Shown: one piece after another, positions 8,777 to 17,233 of the stretch | How the letters are laid out: each line of letters starts with the position of its first letter | How positions within the stretch are numbered: the first letter of the stretch is position 1 | Assembly (NCBI GenBank): GCA_965662845.1 | Contig: CBFIJD010000045.1 | Location: forward strand, 1-21,353 | Length of the DNA stretch: 21,353 bases | From: an uncultured bacterium | GTDB lineage: Bacteria; SAR324; NAC60-12 | Reading direction: 5' to 3' | Notes under the pieces: generated by a model | Databases searched by the model: none | What the model was told of the DNA's origin: nothing | What the model saw: only the letters and a program-made list of their open reading frames with translations | Made by a program: the position numbers and the translations under genes

Positions 8777-10912
8777 ATGTCTGTGATGCTTCGCGCGTTT
8801 TTTTTCCTCACGTTGAGTGGGGCTCTCTTGAGTTTCAGCGGATGTAGCTCTTCGGGTTCCAACGGATCAAGCCCACAAAATGAAGCGCAGTCCTCCTCCA
8901 ACCCTAGGATTTCCACCCAGCAAGCTCGCCTCCAAGCCTTCCAAGGCTGTGAGGATTATCGCGCTTATCTCGCGGATTCCCTGACCCAACAATACCTCGA
9001 AGGCCCGGACTACGGCGTGATGCCGCTGGTGATGGAAACCGACGCGGCGATGCCCAAAGGAACCATCGATCTGGGGAGCTCAGCCTCCGCTCCAGAGACC
9101 GTCTCCGGCACCAACTTGCAGGAAGCGGCAGTCGATGAGCCCGATTTGGTCAAGAGCGATGACGCGGGGAACCTGTTCCTCTTGCGTGATCAGACCTTGC
9201 ATGTGGTGGACGCTTTTCCCGCTGAGGCGATGCGCTCGCTCGCCAGCATCGAGCTGGGCGTTGCGGCGGAGGACATGTTCTATGACAACCAGACGCAACA
9301 GCTTGTCATTTTAGGTGCGGGCTCAGGGATCGCTGCAGGGAGAATGCGCCGGAGTGTGGCCCATGCGGGAGTAGAGGTGCTGTTTGTGAACGTGCGAGAC
9401 CTCACCGCCCCCACGATCACTGCGCACTGGCTGGTCGAAGGGAGCTTGATTGACGCTCGACGTCGACTCGCTGACCGTAGCGTCCAGCTGGCCGTCTCTG
9501 TCCCATTTGTAGAACCACAGCGCCTCAGCCAAGACCTCGCCTTTCAAAAGACGCTCACGCACTATTATCAAGCGCTGAGCGACAACGCAGACAACGCCAC
9601 CTTGCTCCCACTACAAACTCAAATCCAGCGCCACATCGCTGACGAGATCGCGGAGGCGACGACCGCGGAGCTTCTCCCCAGTATTTGGGAAAAGCACAGC
9701 GGCGAGTTTCACGAAGATCGCGTCGTGGCCTGTGACCAGCTCGTGCGCCCCGATGTGACCCTGCGTCCCGGCATGACCTTGCTCCTCAGCTTCGACGCCT
9801 CCGGCGCCAACCGCCAGGTCAGCGGCGTGCTCAACAACGCGTGGCAGCTCTACGCGAGCCCTGACCATCTCTATCTGCTGCAAAGCAGCGGCGGCTGGTG
9901 GTGGAGCGCTGAACAAGAGGAACAGAGCGTGATTTGGCAATTTGATTGGACCTCTGGACACCCTGAATATCAGGGGGTCGGTCTAGTCGACGGGCACATC
10001 CTCAACTCCTTTAGTCTCAGCGAGCATGAGGGACATCTGCGGGTCGCGACCACGGAGCGCCAGCGAACATGGTCTTTGTCTCCCGACACCGAGAGCGTGA
10101 TGCCCACGACGACTTCCCAGAATCACCTGTTCATCTTACAACTCGCGGAGGAAGCCAGCGACAACCGCACCCTCACGGTCGTGGGCAGCGTGTTGGGGTT
10201 GGCCCCAGGGGAACGTGTGCAGAGCGCCCGCTTTTTGGGCGATCGTGGCTTTGTTGTCACCTTTCGGCAAGTAGACCCCCTCTTTGCGTTTGACCTGAGT
10301 GATCCCCGCAATCCTGAACTCAAAGGAGAGTTGAAGATCTCAGGCTTCAGCTCCTACCTGCACCCCCTCGACCAGAATCACCTCTTAACCGTCGGCCCCG
10401 CTGGGGATGACCGTGGCCTAACCGGCGAGCTCCAAGTACAGATCTTTGACGTCACCGACCTGTCGAACCCGCAGCAGCGTCACGCGCTCATCCCTGCGCG
10501 CTCTGCCCAAGGTGACTACTCTCACAGCGAGACCCGCTGGGATCATCACGCGTTCACCTATCATGCGCCCTCCGGCTTGCTGTCCATCCCGCTCCAAACG
10601 TGGAATCGTGACGCGTGGCAGCAAAGTTTCAGTGGCTTCGTCGTCATCGCCGCGACCGCAGAGAGTGGGTTGCGCGAGCTAGAGAACATCGCGCATCAAG
10701 ATCTCGTCTCCAACGCGGAGTGTGCCAGCGCTTCTGCTGTCCTTGAAGCCGGCTGCTCCGCTTGGCAATATTATGCTGCCAGCCAGCCTCGGCGGAGTGT
10801 GGTCATGACGACCGCTGCACAAACTTGGCTTTACACGATCTCCCGCGCTGGGATCAAAGCCGCGCGTTCTGACAATCTCTCACAAGCACAAGGCTCGCTC
10901 TCGTTTCCGTGA
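8777..10912 (+). CDS. Beta-propeller domain lipoprotein (Beta_propel family), function unknown
   Basis: Hydrophobic signal ending LSFSGC, then a Ser-rich tether. Family motifs TNLQEAAVDEPDLVKSD, FSLSEHEGHLRVATT and ARFLGDRGFVVTFRQVDPLFAFDLSDP..GELKISGFSSYLHP. Start is 8777 or 8786. Confidence 0.88.
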   Translation: MSVMLRAFFFLTLSGALLSFSGCSSSGSNGSSPQNEAQSSSNPRISTQQARLQAFQGCEDYRAYLADSLTQQYLEGPDYGVMPLVMETDAAMPKGTIDLGSSASAPETVSGTNLQEAAVDEPDLVKSDDAGNLFLLRDQTLHVVDAFPAEAMRSLASIELGVAAEDMFYDNQTQQLVILGAGSGIAAGRMRRSVAHAGVEVLFVNVRDLTAPTITAHWLVEGSLIDARRRLADRSVQLAVSVPFVEPQRLSQDLAFQKTLTHYYQALSDNADNATLLPLQTQIQRHIADEIAEATTAELLPSIWEKHSGEFHEDRVVACDQLVRPDVTLRPGMTLLLSFDASGANRQVSGVLNNAWQLYASPDHLYLLQSSGGWWWSAEQEEQSVIWQFDWTSGHPEYQGVGLVDGHILNSFSLSEHEGHLRVATTERQRTWSLSPDTESVMPTTTSQNHLFILQLAEEASDNRTLTVVGSVLGLAPGERVQSARFLGDRGFVVTFRQVDPLFAFDLSDPRNPELKGELKISGFSSYLHPLDQNHLLTVGPAGDDRGLTGELQVQIFDVTDLSNPQQRHALIPARSAQGDYSHSETRWDHHAFTYHAPSGLLSIPLQTWNRDAWQQSFSGFVVIAATAESGLRELENIAHQDLVSNAECASASAVLEAGCSAWQYYAASQPRRSVVMTTAAQTWLYTISRAGIKAARSDNLSQAQGSLSFP

Positions 10913-11150
10913 GCTTGAGCGCGTCTCTCCCAAAGATCATGACGTCACCAGATCTCTCGGCGGAAGCTGTGCTGTCCTCTTGGTTTGCAGAGACACCGCC
11001 ATCACCGCGCGTCTCCAACGCTGCGGCGGTTGGCCAATCCATCCCAGACCGTGCTGACTTCTGCACGGCTCTGCCCCTCTCACGAGAGTCAACTGGCGAC
11101 GAGTCTGCATTTTTTCAACTCCCTGGCTCCTCTCTTTAGGCTTCCTTTTT

Positions 11151-13385
11151 ATGCGTTGCACCCCACACATCTTGCGTACGCTCTGGAGTGATGTCCGTCA
11201 CCTGCTGATGGCGCTCCTGCTCTTGTTTTGTGTCCCTCACCTGCTGACGGCTCAGCCAAGAGAGCCGCCGCGCGCTGTGGCGGGCGTGTTAGACTTGCGA
11301 GGTTGGGACTTTCATCGCGATGGCGTCGTCACGCTGCGCGGAGAGTGGGAGTTCTATTGGGGAAATCTTTATGCGCCCTCGCAGTTTCCGCAGCGCCCGG
11401 AGCGGTTCCTAGAGGTGCCCCTCGCTTGGAATTATGAAGTCGAGGACGCGACGCAGACGCCCCTGCCCACAGATGGCTTTGCGACCTACCGTTTGAGAGT
11501 CTTGCTCGACGCACCGGGCCAACTGTATCACCTGTATTTCGGGCGCGTTAGCACGGCTTACACGGCGTTTGTCGACGGTCGGATTGTGCAACAAGTCGGA
11601 TCGGTTGGGCCCACTGCTGCGCGTTCCCGTCCAGCCACCAGCTTCCAAGGGCGCGTGATCCAGACCAACCAGCCTGAAGTCGAGATCGTAGTCCACGTCT
11701 CGAATTTCCATCATCGCGACGCGGGCTTATGGGAGGCGCCACGCTTGGAGTTGGTCGAGCAGTTTCAGACGTGGCGAGAACAAACGATCTCGATCGCTCT
11801 GCTCCTCGCAGGGAGCGCGTACATGATGGCGCTCTATCAATTCGGGATTTACATCCACCGGCGCAGAGAGCAGTCGATCTTATACTTCACGATTTGCTGT
11901 CTGTGTGTGGGCACTTATGTGAGCATCGACGGCGGGCTCGCGTTTGGCTACCAAGCCTATCTGAGCTGGGACTTGCGCTACCGGCTGCTCTACCTCGGCA
12001 TGTATTGGGGCTATTCCGCGTTCAACGCTTTCATTGCCTCCGTCTTTGCCGAACACGCTTCGCGTTGGTTTCTGCGCATCAACCAAGGAGCGGCCTCCGG
12101 CCTTGGGGTGCTGGTCTGCTTGACCTCACCGCGGGTTTTCACCGACGCCATTCCCCTCTTCTACGCGCTGATTGTCGGCAGCGCGCTGTACACCTTTTAT
12201 TTGTTTCAACAAGCCCTCCAGAAGCAAACGAAGGAAGCGCTTCCTTTGGTCGTCGGCTTTGTGATCTGCACGGCTCTGATCGCAAATGACATCTTGGTGA
12301 GCCACTTCGTCATCGACACCCCAGAGTTGGCCCCCATCGGCATCTTCGTGATGGTTCTGAGCCAAGCCTTTATGCTCGCCATGCGGTTCTCCACCGCCTA
12401 TGCAGACATTGAACGCCTCTCTGGGCGCTTGGAGAGCCAGAACCAAGAATTGCTGATTTCAGAGCAACGCAAAGATGAGGCGCTGCAACGACAACGGTTG
12501 GAGTTAGAAGAGGCGCAAGGACAGTTGGTGCAGCAAGAAAAAATGGTCGGACTGGGGACGCTGGTCGCTGGAGTCGCCCACGAGATCAATAACCCCGCTA
12601 ACTTTGTGATTATGGGCGCCAGCGTGCTGGAGAGAGACCTCAAAGCCCATCAGAAGCTCTTGAGAGAGCTGCTCGAAGAAGAGCCTGAGATCTGCGCACA
12701 GTTCGAGAAGAAGTTTCATCGCATCTTCGCCGCCCTCGGAGACGTCAAAGAGGGGACCGATCGCATCAAGTTTATCGTCAGCGATTTGCGGCAGTTCTCT
12801 CGGTTAGATGAAGCCGACCGCAAAGTCGTCCCCCTCCTCGAAGGCTTAGAGAGCACGATTCGACTAGCGCAGCCGCAATACCGAGGGGACGTTAAGATTG
12901 AGGCTGATTTTCGCGCTGCCCCCTCCTTAGATTGTTGGCCGGCGCGTCTCAATCAGGTCTTCATGAACATGCTGGTGAACGCCTGCCAAGCCATCTTGAA
13001 GCGCGCTCAGGAGGAAGATGTCTCTTATGCGGGCAAGGTGACAGTTCGTGTGCAAACCGTGGAGAATGAGCAGGGAGCCTGGGCGCTCGTCTCCTTTCTC
13101 GACAATGGCTGTGGCATGGACGAGGCCACGCAGCGCCGTATTTTTGAGCCTTTCTACACCACCCAAGAGGTCGGCAGCGGAGTAGGGATGGGGCTCTATC
13201 TCTCCTTTGAGATTGTGCAGAAACATGGAGGCCGTATCGAAATGCAATCCGTCCCGCAGGAAGGGTCTCGTTTCACGATCTGGCTCCCGATTCGCCCGAC
13301 TTCTGCAGACTCTCCCTCCCAAGATCCAGACGCCTCTCTGCGCGAACCCTCTCCTGAGCGCGGAAGCCCTCCCGCGCCTGTTTGA
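11151..13385 (+). CDS. 7TM-DISM sensor histidine kinase (extracellular jelly-roll-like domain, about 7 TM helices, HisKA, HATPase_c)
   Basis: N-terminal AVAGVLDLRGWDF..LRGEWEFYW, a run of hydrophobic helices, a coiled coil, LVQQEKMVGLGTLVAGVAHEINNP, LNQVFMNMLVNACQA, DNGCGM and IFEPFYTT..GSGVGMGL. The start may be 11208. Confidence 0.92.
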   Translation: MRCTPHILRTLWSDVRHLLMALLLLFCVPHLLTAQPREPPRAVAGVLDLRGWDFHRDGVVTLRGEWEFYWGNLYAPSQFPQRPERFLEVPLAWNYEVEDATQTPLPTDGFATYRLRVLLDAPGQLYHLYFGRVSTAYTAFVDGRIVQQVGSVGPTAARSRPATSFQGRVIQTNQPEVEIVVHVSNFHHRDAGLWEAPRLELVEQFQTWREQTISIALLLAGSAYMMALYQFGIYIHRRREQSILYFTICCLCVGTYVSIDGGLAFGYQAYLSWDLRYRLLYLGMYWGYSAFNAFIASVFAEHASRWFLRINQGAASGLGVLVCLTSPRVFTDAIPLFYALIVGSALYTFYLFQQALQKQTKEALPLVVGFVICTALIANDILVSHFVIDTPELAPIGIFVMVLSQAFMLAMRFSTAYADIERLSGRLESQNQELLISEQRKDEALQRQRLELEEAQGQLVQQEKMVGLGTLVAGVAHEINNPANFVIMGASVLERDLKAHQKLLRELLEEEPEICAQFEKKFHRIFAALGDVKEGTDRIKFIVSDLRQFSRLDEADRKVVPLLEGLESTIRLAQPQYRGDVKIEADFRAAPSLDCWPARLNQVFMNMLVNACQAILKRAQEEDVSYAGKVTVRVQTVENEQGAWALVSFLDNGCGMDEATQRRIFEPFYTTQEVGSGVGMGLYLSFEIVQKHGGRIEMQSVPQEGSRFTIWLPIRPTSADSPSQDPDASLREPSPERGSPPAPV

Positions 13386-13524
13386 TCACTTCGCCTCACC
13401 CCACAAAACGCTGCAATCCGCGCCAGATCTCGCGATTTGTCAGACGATTGTGCAGGCGCATCAGGGAGTGCTTCAGGCACAAAATTCCTCCCAAGGGTGC
13501 ACCTCCCGAATCTTTTTGCCGCTT
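13354..13524 (+). pseudogene. Degenerate C-terminal half of a HATPase_c domain, in a different frame from the upstream kinase
   Basis: Translation LSAEALPRLFDHF...DLAICQTIVQAHQGVLQAQNSSQGCTSRIFLPL follows the kinase pattern 'xxxRIFxPF..GLxIxxxIVxxHxGxI......GxxFxIxLP' with the G2 glycines lost. Confidence 0.55.
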
Positions 13525-13625
13525 CAAGAAGTCCCCGCCAGCTTGGACGCTCGCCAGAGTACACGCGAGCCGACTCCTCTGCAGAATCCGGATTCCCAGA
13601 CAAGATGGTTTTGGACTTCAGGCGC

Positions 13626-14390
13626 TTACTTTGTCTGAAGTCTGCGCTCTTGCACTTGGTGTAAGAAGGTCTCGAGCAGCTCGTCGTCCAGCTCTGTCAA
13701 CAGCTCATTGAGCTTTTCTAGCTGTTCGGACTTGACGCGAGAGAAGGTAATGCTCCGGTTGGTGCGATCAAATTTGAGCTTCCACGACTTCGAGGTGGCA
13801 GGCGGTGGGTGCTGCGTCGCGCGCCGTGTTTCCTCATGGAACCGACGAATCTCTGCTTCCAGCTCTTCCCGTTTGACTTGTCCAACTTTGTCTAACAGCT
13901 CCCGTTTTTTGCGCCAGGCGCGGTCTGGGTTTGCCTTGTCGCCCAGAGCGGCGATGCGACGCAGCGCATAGATGTGCCCGGACTGCTCTAAGAGCTCGGC
14001 TCGGTTTTGCTCCTTCACCAGCTGGATAATGCGCAGGTCACTGGCGGAGGTCTTCTGTTCTTGTCCTTGCAGGCGCTCTTGGGCGAAACGCTGGAAGCCT
14101 TGCGCACCGCGATAGGTCTCCATCTCTGCGGGCTCTGTATAGAGATCCCAATGCGAGTACAGATAATACAACTCCTTGAGCAGCTCGTGCTTCTTCAGGC
14201 GGATCGCGGAGGCGAGGGATTGGATGTTGGTGACCACAGCCTCTAAGGGGCGCAGCGCGCTGACCTCCGGCGCGGCGTCTGGCACGACGGTCGGGAAGAA
14301 GTTGTGCTTCTCATCGAGCAGATTTCGCTGTTTGGTAGAGTGTTGCTTCGACGCCTTGGCGTACATTTTCTCAAGGGCGTTGTTTTTCAT
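13626..14390 (-). CDS. Hypothetical protein translationally coupled to ParA (candidate atypical partition/positioning partner)
   Basis: 254 aa, charged and helical. Its ATG (14390-14388) overlaps the parA TGA as ATGA. No ParB GxRR motif is visible. Confidence 0.8.
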   Translation of the reverse strand: MKNNALEKMYAKASKQHSTKQRNLLDEKHNFFPTVVPDAAPEVSALRPLEAVVTNIQSLASAIRLKKHELLKELYYLYSHWDLYTEPAEMETYRGAQGFQRFAQERLQGQEQKTSASDLRIIQLVKEQNRAELLEQSGHIYALRRIAALGDKANPDRAWRKKRELLDKVGQVKREELEAEIRRFHEETRRATQHPPPATSKSWKLKFDRTNRSITFSRVKSEQLEKLNELLTELDDELLETFLHQVQERRLQTK

Positions 14391-15172
14391 GCGAGTACCT
14401 TCACGAGTGACTGACATTCTGCGTACGCTTTGCTGGAAGTGGGCAACATCTGATGTCCCATGATGAGCGCTTCAATCTCAGCGCGGTCGTGCAAGACCAC
14501 CGCGGAGCCTTCTGCGTTGCGAGCCAACAAGCCGCCGTATTGCTCCTCTAACATCCGCAGCGCGACCTTGGCGGTGTTGCGACGTTTGTGCTGGTTGGGC
14601 ACTAAGTAAATCGTTTTGAGGTCGGGGTTGAGATAGCGCTGGGCTTGTTCGATCCGTTGCAACGTAATGCCCAACGATTCCACGGGGAGGAGCTGGGTCC
14701 CAACTGGGATGACCACGGTGTCTACCACAGAGAGCGCCCAGTTGGAGAGGTCTGAGATCTCTCCTGGGGTGTCGAGGATGAGGAACTCGGCGTGCTCCTC
14801 AATGCCACTCAGCTGATGGCGCATCAGCAAATCCTTCCCCGGCACATCGCGGAAGTCGCTCTTGGCGCGCTCATATTCGGTCGTGCATCCGAGCAAGCTG
14901 AGGTTGTCGCGCACCGGGATCAGGCACTGCTCTAACGTAGAGCGATTGTGCATGAGGGTGTAGAGATTGTGCTGATGCAGCTGACGATAAGCGGCCTCAA
15001 GCGCGGACTCCTCATGAATTTCGTTGATGGCCCACTCTGAGGTGTTGGCTTGCGGGTCGCCGTCAATCAGGATGACCGAGCGCTGGTTTGCGGAGAGCAA
15101 GCGGGCGATGAGGATCGAACAAGCGGACTTGCCGACCCCACCTTTTTGGAAGTAGAAGCAGATTTTTTTCAA
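14387..15172 (-). CDS. parA: ParA/Soj/MinD-family ATPase
   Basis: Deviant Walker A QKGGVGKS, A' ILIDGDPQANTS, Walker B LILDTPG. TTG start preceded by GAGGGAG. Confidence 0.92.
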   Translation of the reverse strand: MKKICFYFQKGGVGKSACSILIARLLSANQRSVILIDGDPQANTSEWAINEIHEESALEAAYRQLHQHNLYTLMHNRSTLEQCLIPVRDNLSLLGCTTEYERAKSDFRDVPGKDLLMRHQLSGIEEHAEFLILDTPGEISDLSNWALSVVDTVVIPVGTQLLPVESLGITLQRIEQAQRYLNPDLKTIYLVPNQHKRRNTAKVALRMLEEQYGGLLARNAEGSAVVLHDRAEIEALIMGHQMLPTSSKAYAECQSLVKVLA

Positions 15173-15318
15173 ACTCCCTCCATGGGACAGGGCGCCTCTT
15201 CATGAGGTGCGCGGTGACGTGATGAAAACTGTGGGCAAGCAGGCAATCGCTGGCGGGTCAGGCAAGAAACACACCTATGATTTTTTCTGAAGACAGAACC
15301 ACCGCTGGCGTGCGGGCC

Positions 15319-16182
15319 TCAGGATGCCGCGCCTTGGCGCTCTTGCGCTTGCAAATCGCGGAGGGAAGGGCCGACACTCAACACCTCCACCTCATCCCCC
15401 ACTTGAATGTGCGTCCCAGCTTCCAGAATCACATTTTGGCCGAACCACACCTGCCCTTTCCATCTGCGATATTGTTCAAGCATTCGCAGCGGCTCTGCGC
15501 CTTGGCCCACTCCGATGTAGGGATGAATGGTGGTGATGCTGCACCGGGCGCACAATTTCACACAGCGAAACACGGCCTCTCCAATGCGGAAGCGCTCCCA
15601 AGCGTCCTCTGCATAAGGGGGGAAATCTCCCGCAATCACAACATTCGGGCGAAAACTGATCGGCTGGAAGGATTCTTCCGGCAGCCGCTGGTTCAAATCG
15701 TCCAGCGACGGCTGGGCAAGCAAGTGATATGGGAAAGCGTCCGCAAACGAGACGTTGGTCTCTGCGGGCACACGCTGACTGGCGACCAGCCGCTGCGTGG
15801 AGTCGGGCATCAAGACCAACCGCGCCCTCTCTCCCAAGAATTGACTAACCCAGTCGTGAATCTCCTCACCCGCAGGCAGCGCTGGGACCTGATCTTTCCA
15901 GACCTGAACAGCTACCGGAGGCGTCGTGGGAGCCGGTTGAGGGACCTGTATGGGCGACAAGGAGGGGGTTGACAAATACAGCTCGCCGTCGCGGACTTCG
16001 GCCATCAACTGGGTGAGTTGCGGAAACTGACGCTGTGTGAGAAACTTTCCCGTCTCGCTCACCAGCATCCATCGACGATCCCACTGCGGTCCCCTAGTCT
16101 GTAACGACATTTGCTCCAAGCGCTGCCCTTGGGCAGACTTGACTGGAAACATCCACAATTCAGCGAGGTACATTCGACTCAT
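15319..16182 (-). CDS. MOSC domain protein (MOSC_N + MOSC; YcbX/mARC-like molybdoenzyme, no ferredoxin domain)
   Basis: FPVKS, DRRWMLV, FLTQRQFPQL, FADAFPYHL, FRPNVVI, AEDAW and the Moco-ligand motif CARC. Start is 16182 or 16173. Confidence 0.93.
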   Translation of the reverse strand: MSRMYLAELWMFPVKSAQGQRLEQMSLQTRGPQWDRRWMLVSETGKFLTQRQFPQLTQLMAEVRDGELYLSTPSLSPIQVPQPAPTTPPVAVQVWKDQVPALPAGEEIHDWVSQFLGERARLVLMPDSTQRLVASQRVPAETNVSFADAFPYHLLAQPSLDDLNQRLPEESFQPISFRPNVVIAGDFPPYAEDAWERFRIGEAVFRCVKLCARCSITTIHPYIGVGQGAEPLRMLEQYRRWKGQVWFGQNVILEAGTHIQVGDEVEVLSVGPSLRDLQAQERQGAAS

Positions 16183-16759
16183 GATTTCACTTTGGCGTAA
16201 ACTGGCCGTCACGGCCTTCTGTGCAGGTTTTCTCGGTTGGTCATCGGTCTCTCTTGCCCAGCAACAAAAGGGCCCGTTGAGCCCGGTGGATCGTGAGCTG
16301 TTAGAGATGGAGCGCATTGAGGCGCCGAGCATTGTGCTGCAAGCCGCTGATTTTGAAGGGCAATTGCTGAGCGGCGGCACATTTCAACTGAGAGAGCAGC
16401 GCGGCAAAGTTGTGTTCTTGAATTTTTGGGCCACGTGGTGCGCTCCTTGTTTGAAAGAGATGCCCGACATGCAGGAGCTGCAGGCCGAGCTTGGAGACGA
16501 GATTGTGGTGCTGGCTGTGGGCATGGGAGAAGACGCAGAGCGCATCACGAAGTTCCAGCGCAAACACAACTTTCAGTTTGCGATCTTGCCCGACCCAGAG
16601 ATGGAAGTCACCCAACTCTATGGAGTTCGCAACATCCCCATCACCTATCTGATTGATCCTAAAGGCGTTGTCATCGGGAGGGCGCTAGGGCCGAGAGAGT
16701 GGACAAAGCCTGCCTTAGTTGAGTTCTTTCGCGAGCAGGCTTCACAAGCGGGAGGCTAG
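16181..16759 (+). CDS. TlpA/ResA-family exported thioredoxin-like disulfide reductase
   Basis: Signal peptide MISLWRKLAVTAFCAGFLGWSSVSLA, RGKVVFLNFWATWCAPCLKEMP, cis-Pro region YGVRNIPITYLID, GPREW. Confidence 0.92.
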   Translation: MISLWRKLAVTAFCAGFLGWSSVSLAQQQKGPLSPVDRELLEMERIEAPSIVLQAADFEGQLLSGGTFQLREQRGKVVFLNFWATWCAPCLKEMPDMQELQAELGDEIVVLAVGMGEDAERITKFQRKHNFQFAILPDPEMEVTQLYGVRNIPITYLIDPKGVVIGRALGPREWTKPALVEFFREQASQAGG

Positions 16760-17139
16760 ATGCGTTTGACAAAGATCCAGAACGTGTTGGGGTCGATCAC
16801 GTCGTTCTTCATGAAGATTTTCACCTTGGTGGGCGTCATTTCGTAGTCGAAGACGTACTCAAACATGGTCTGCAGCTGGCCTGTCTGCGCGCCATCTTTG
16901 AACTTGCCGTAGAAGATGTCGCTCTGGGTACAAGGAGCGACCTCAGTGAAAAAGTTCTTGCCCAATACGTCCGATGCATCTCGCCCCGTAATCGCCGTCT
17001 CTGCGGCGTTGTACTCCAAGACAGTCCCGTGCTTGTCAATCAAGATCGCCCCAAAAGCGAGGGAGTCAATGTCATCCTTCTTCATTTTGCTTAAGACGTT
17101 CTCATCGGCTAACTGATCAAACCTAATAAGCTCAGTCAT
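16756..17139 (-). CDS. pyp: Photoactive yellow protein (PAS-fold blue-light receptor)
   Basis: 127 aa from ATG 17139 with RBS GAAAGGA. It aligns along its length with Halorhodospira halophila PYP: LAFGAI, YNAAE, ITGRD, GKNFF.EVAPCT, FYGKFK, MFEY.FDY.MTPTKVK, W.FVKR. Equivalents of Y42, E46, T50, R52, C69 and M100 are all present. Confidence 0.96.
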   Translation of the reverse strand: MTELIRFDQLADENVLSKMKKDDIDSLAFGAILIDKHGTVLEYNAAETAITGRDASDVLGKNFFTEVAPCTQSDIFYGKFKDGAQTGQLQTMFEYVFDYEMTPTKVKIFMKNDVIDPNTFWIFVKRI

Positions 17140-17204
17140 TGTATCCTTTCTTTCGTGGCCAGTAGTTTGGTGCGTCAAAACTATGTTAAAAAAATGTGGC
17201 GCCA

Positions 17205-17233
17205 ATGATGCAGTTATGTCGATGGGTAGTCAA
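17205..17233 (-). promoter_or_regulatory. Candidate sigma70 promoter for pyp
   Basis: Minus strand TTGACT-N17-CATCAT, about 65 nt upstream of the pyp start. Confidence 0.35.

Noticed and set aside
10909..11139. 76-aa ORF overlapping the propeller stop (GTGA); LSAEAVLSSWFAE faintly recalls the DUF924 N-terminus
   Set aside because: The similarity is too short and the rest is low-complexity. It cannot be supported without a search.
15202..15220. Hairpin GCGCCTC-TTCAT-GAGGTGC upstream of parA as a parS site or terminator
   Set aside because: Does not match the parS consensus, is not iterated and has no U-tract.
15277..15972. 231-aa plus-strand ORF
   Set aside because: Antisense shadow of the well-supported MOSC gene, with no recognisable motifs.
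16183..16380. N-terminal extension of the MOSC ORF (the TlpA ORF has a matching extension at 16037-16180)
   Set aside because: Each extension is just the antisense of the other gene. Family similarity begins at about 16182 (MOSC) and 16181 (TlpA signal peptide).
17163..17183. Imperfect inverted repeat TAGTTTGG-N5-CAAAACTA in the pyp leader
   Set aside because: Short, AT-rich and mismatched, with no second copy seen to support an operator.
17197..17212. Sigma54-like TGGCGCCAATGATGCA (GG-N10-GC) on the plus strand
   Set aside because: Imperfect consensus pointing at a housekeeping topoisomerase gene; likely chance.
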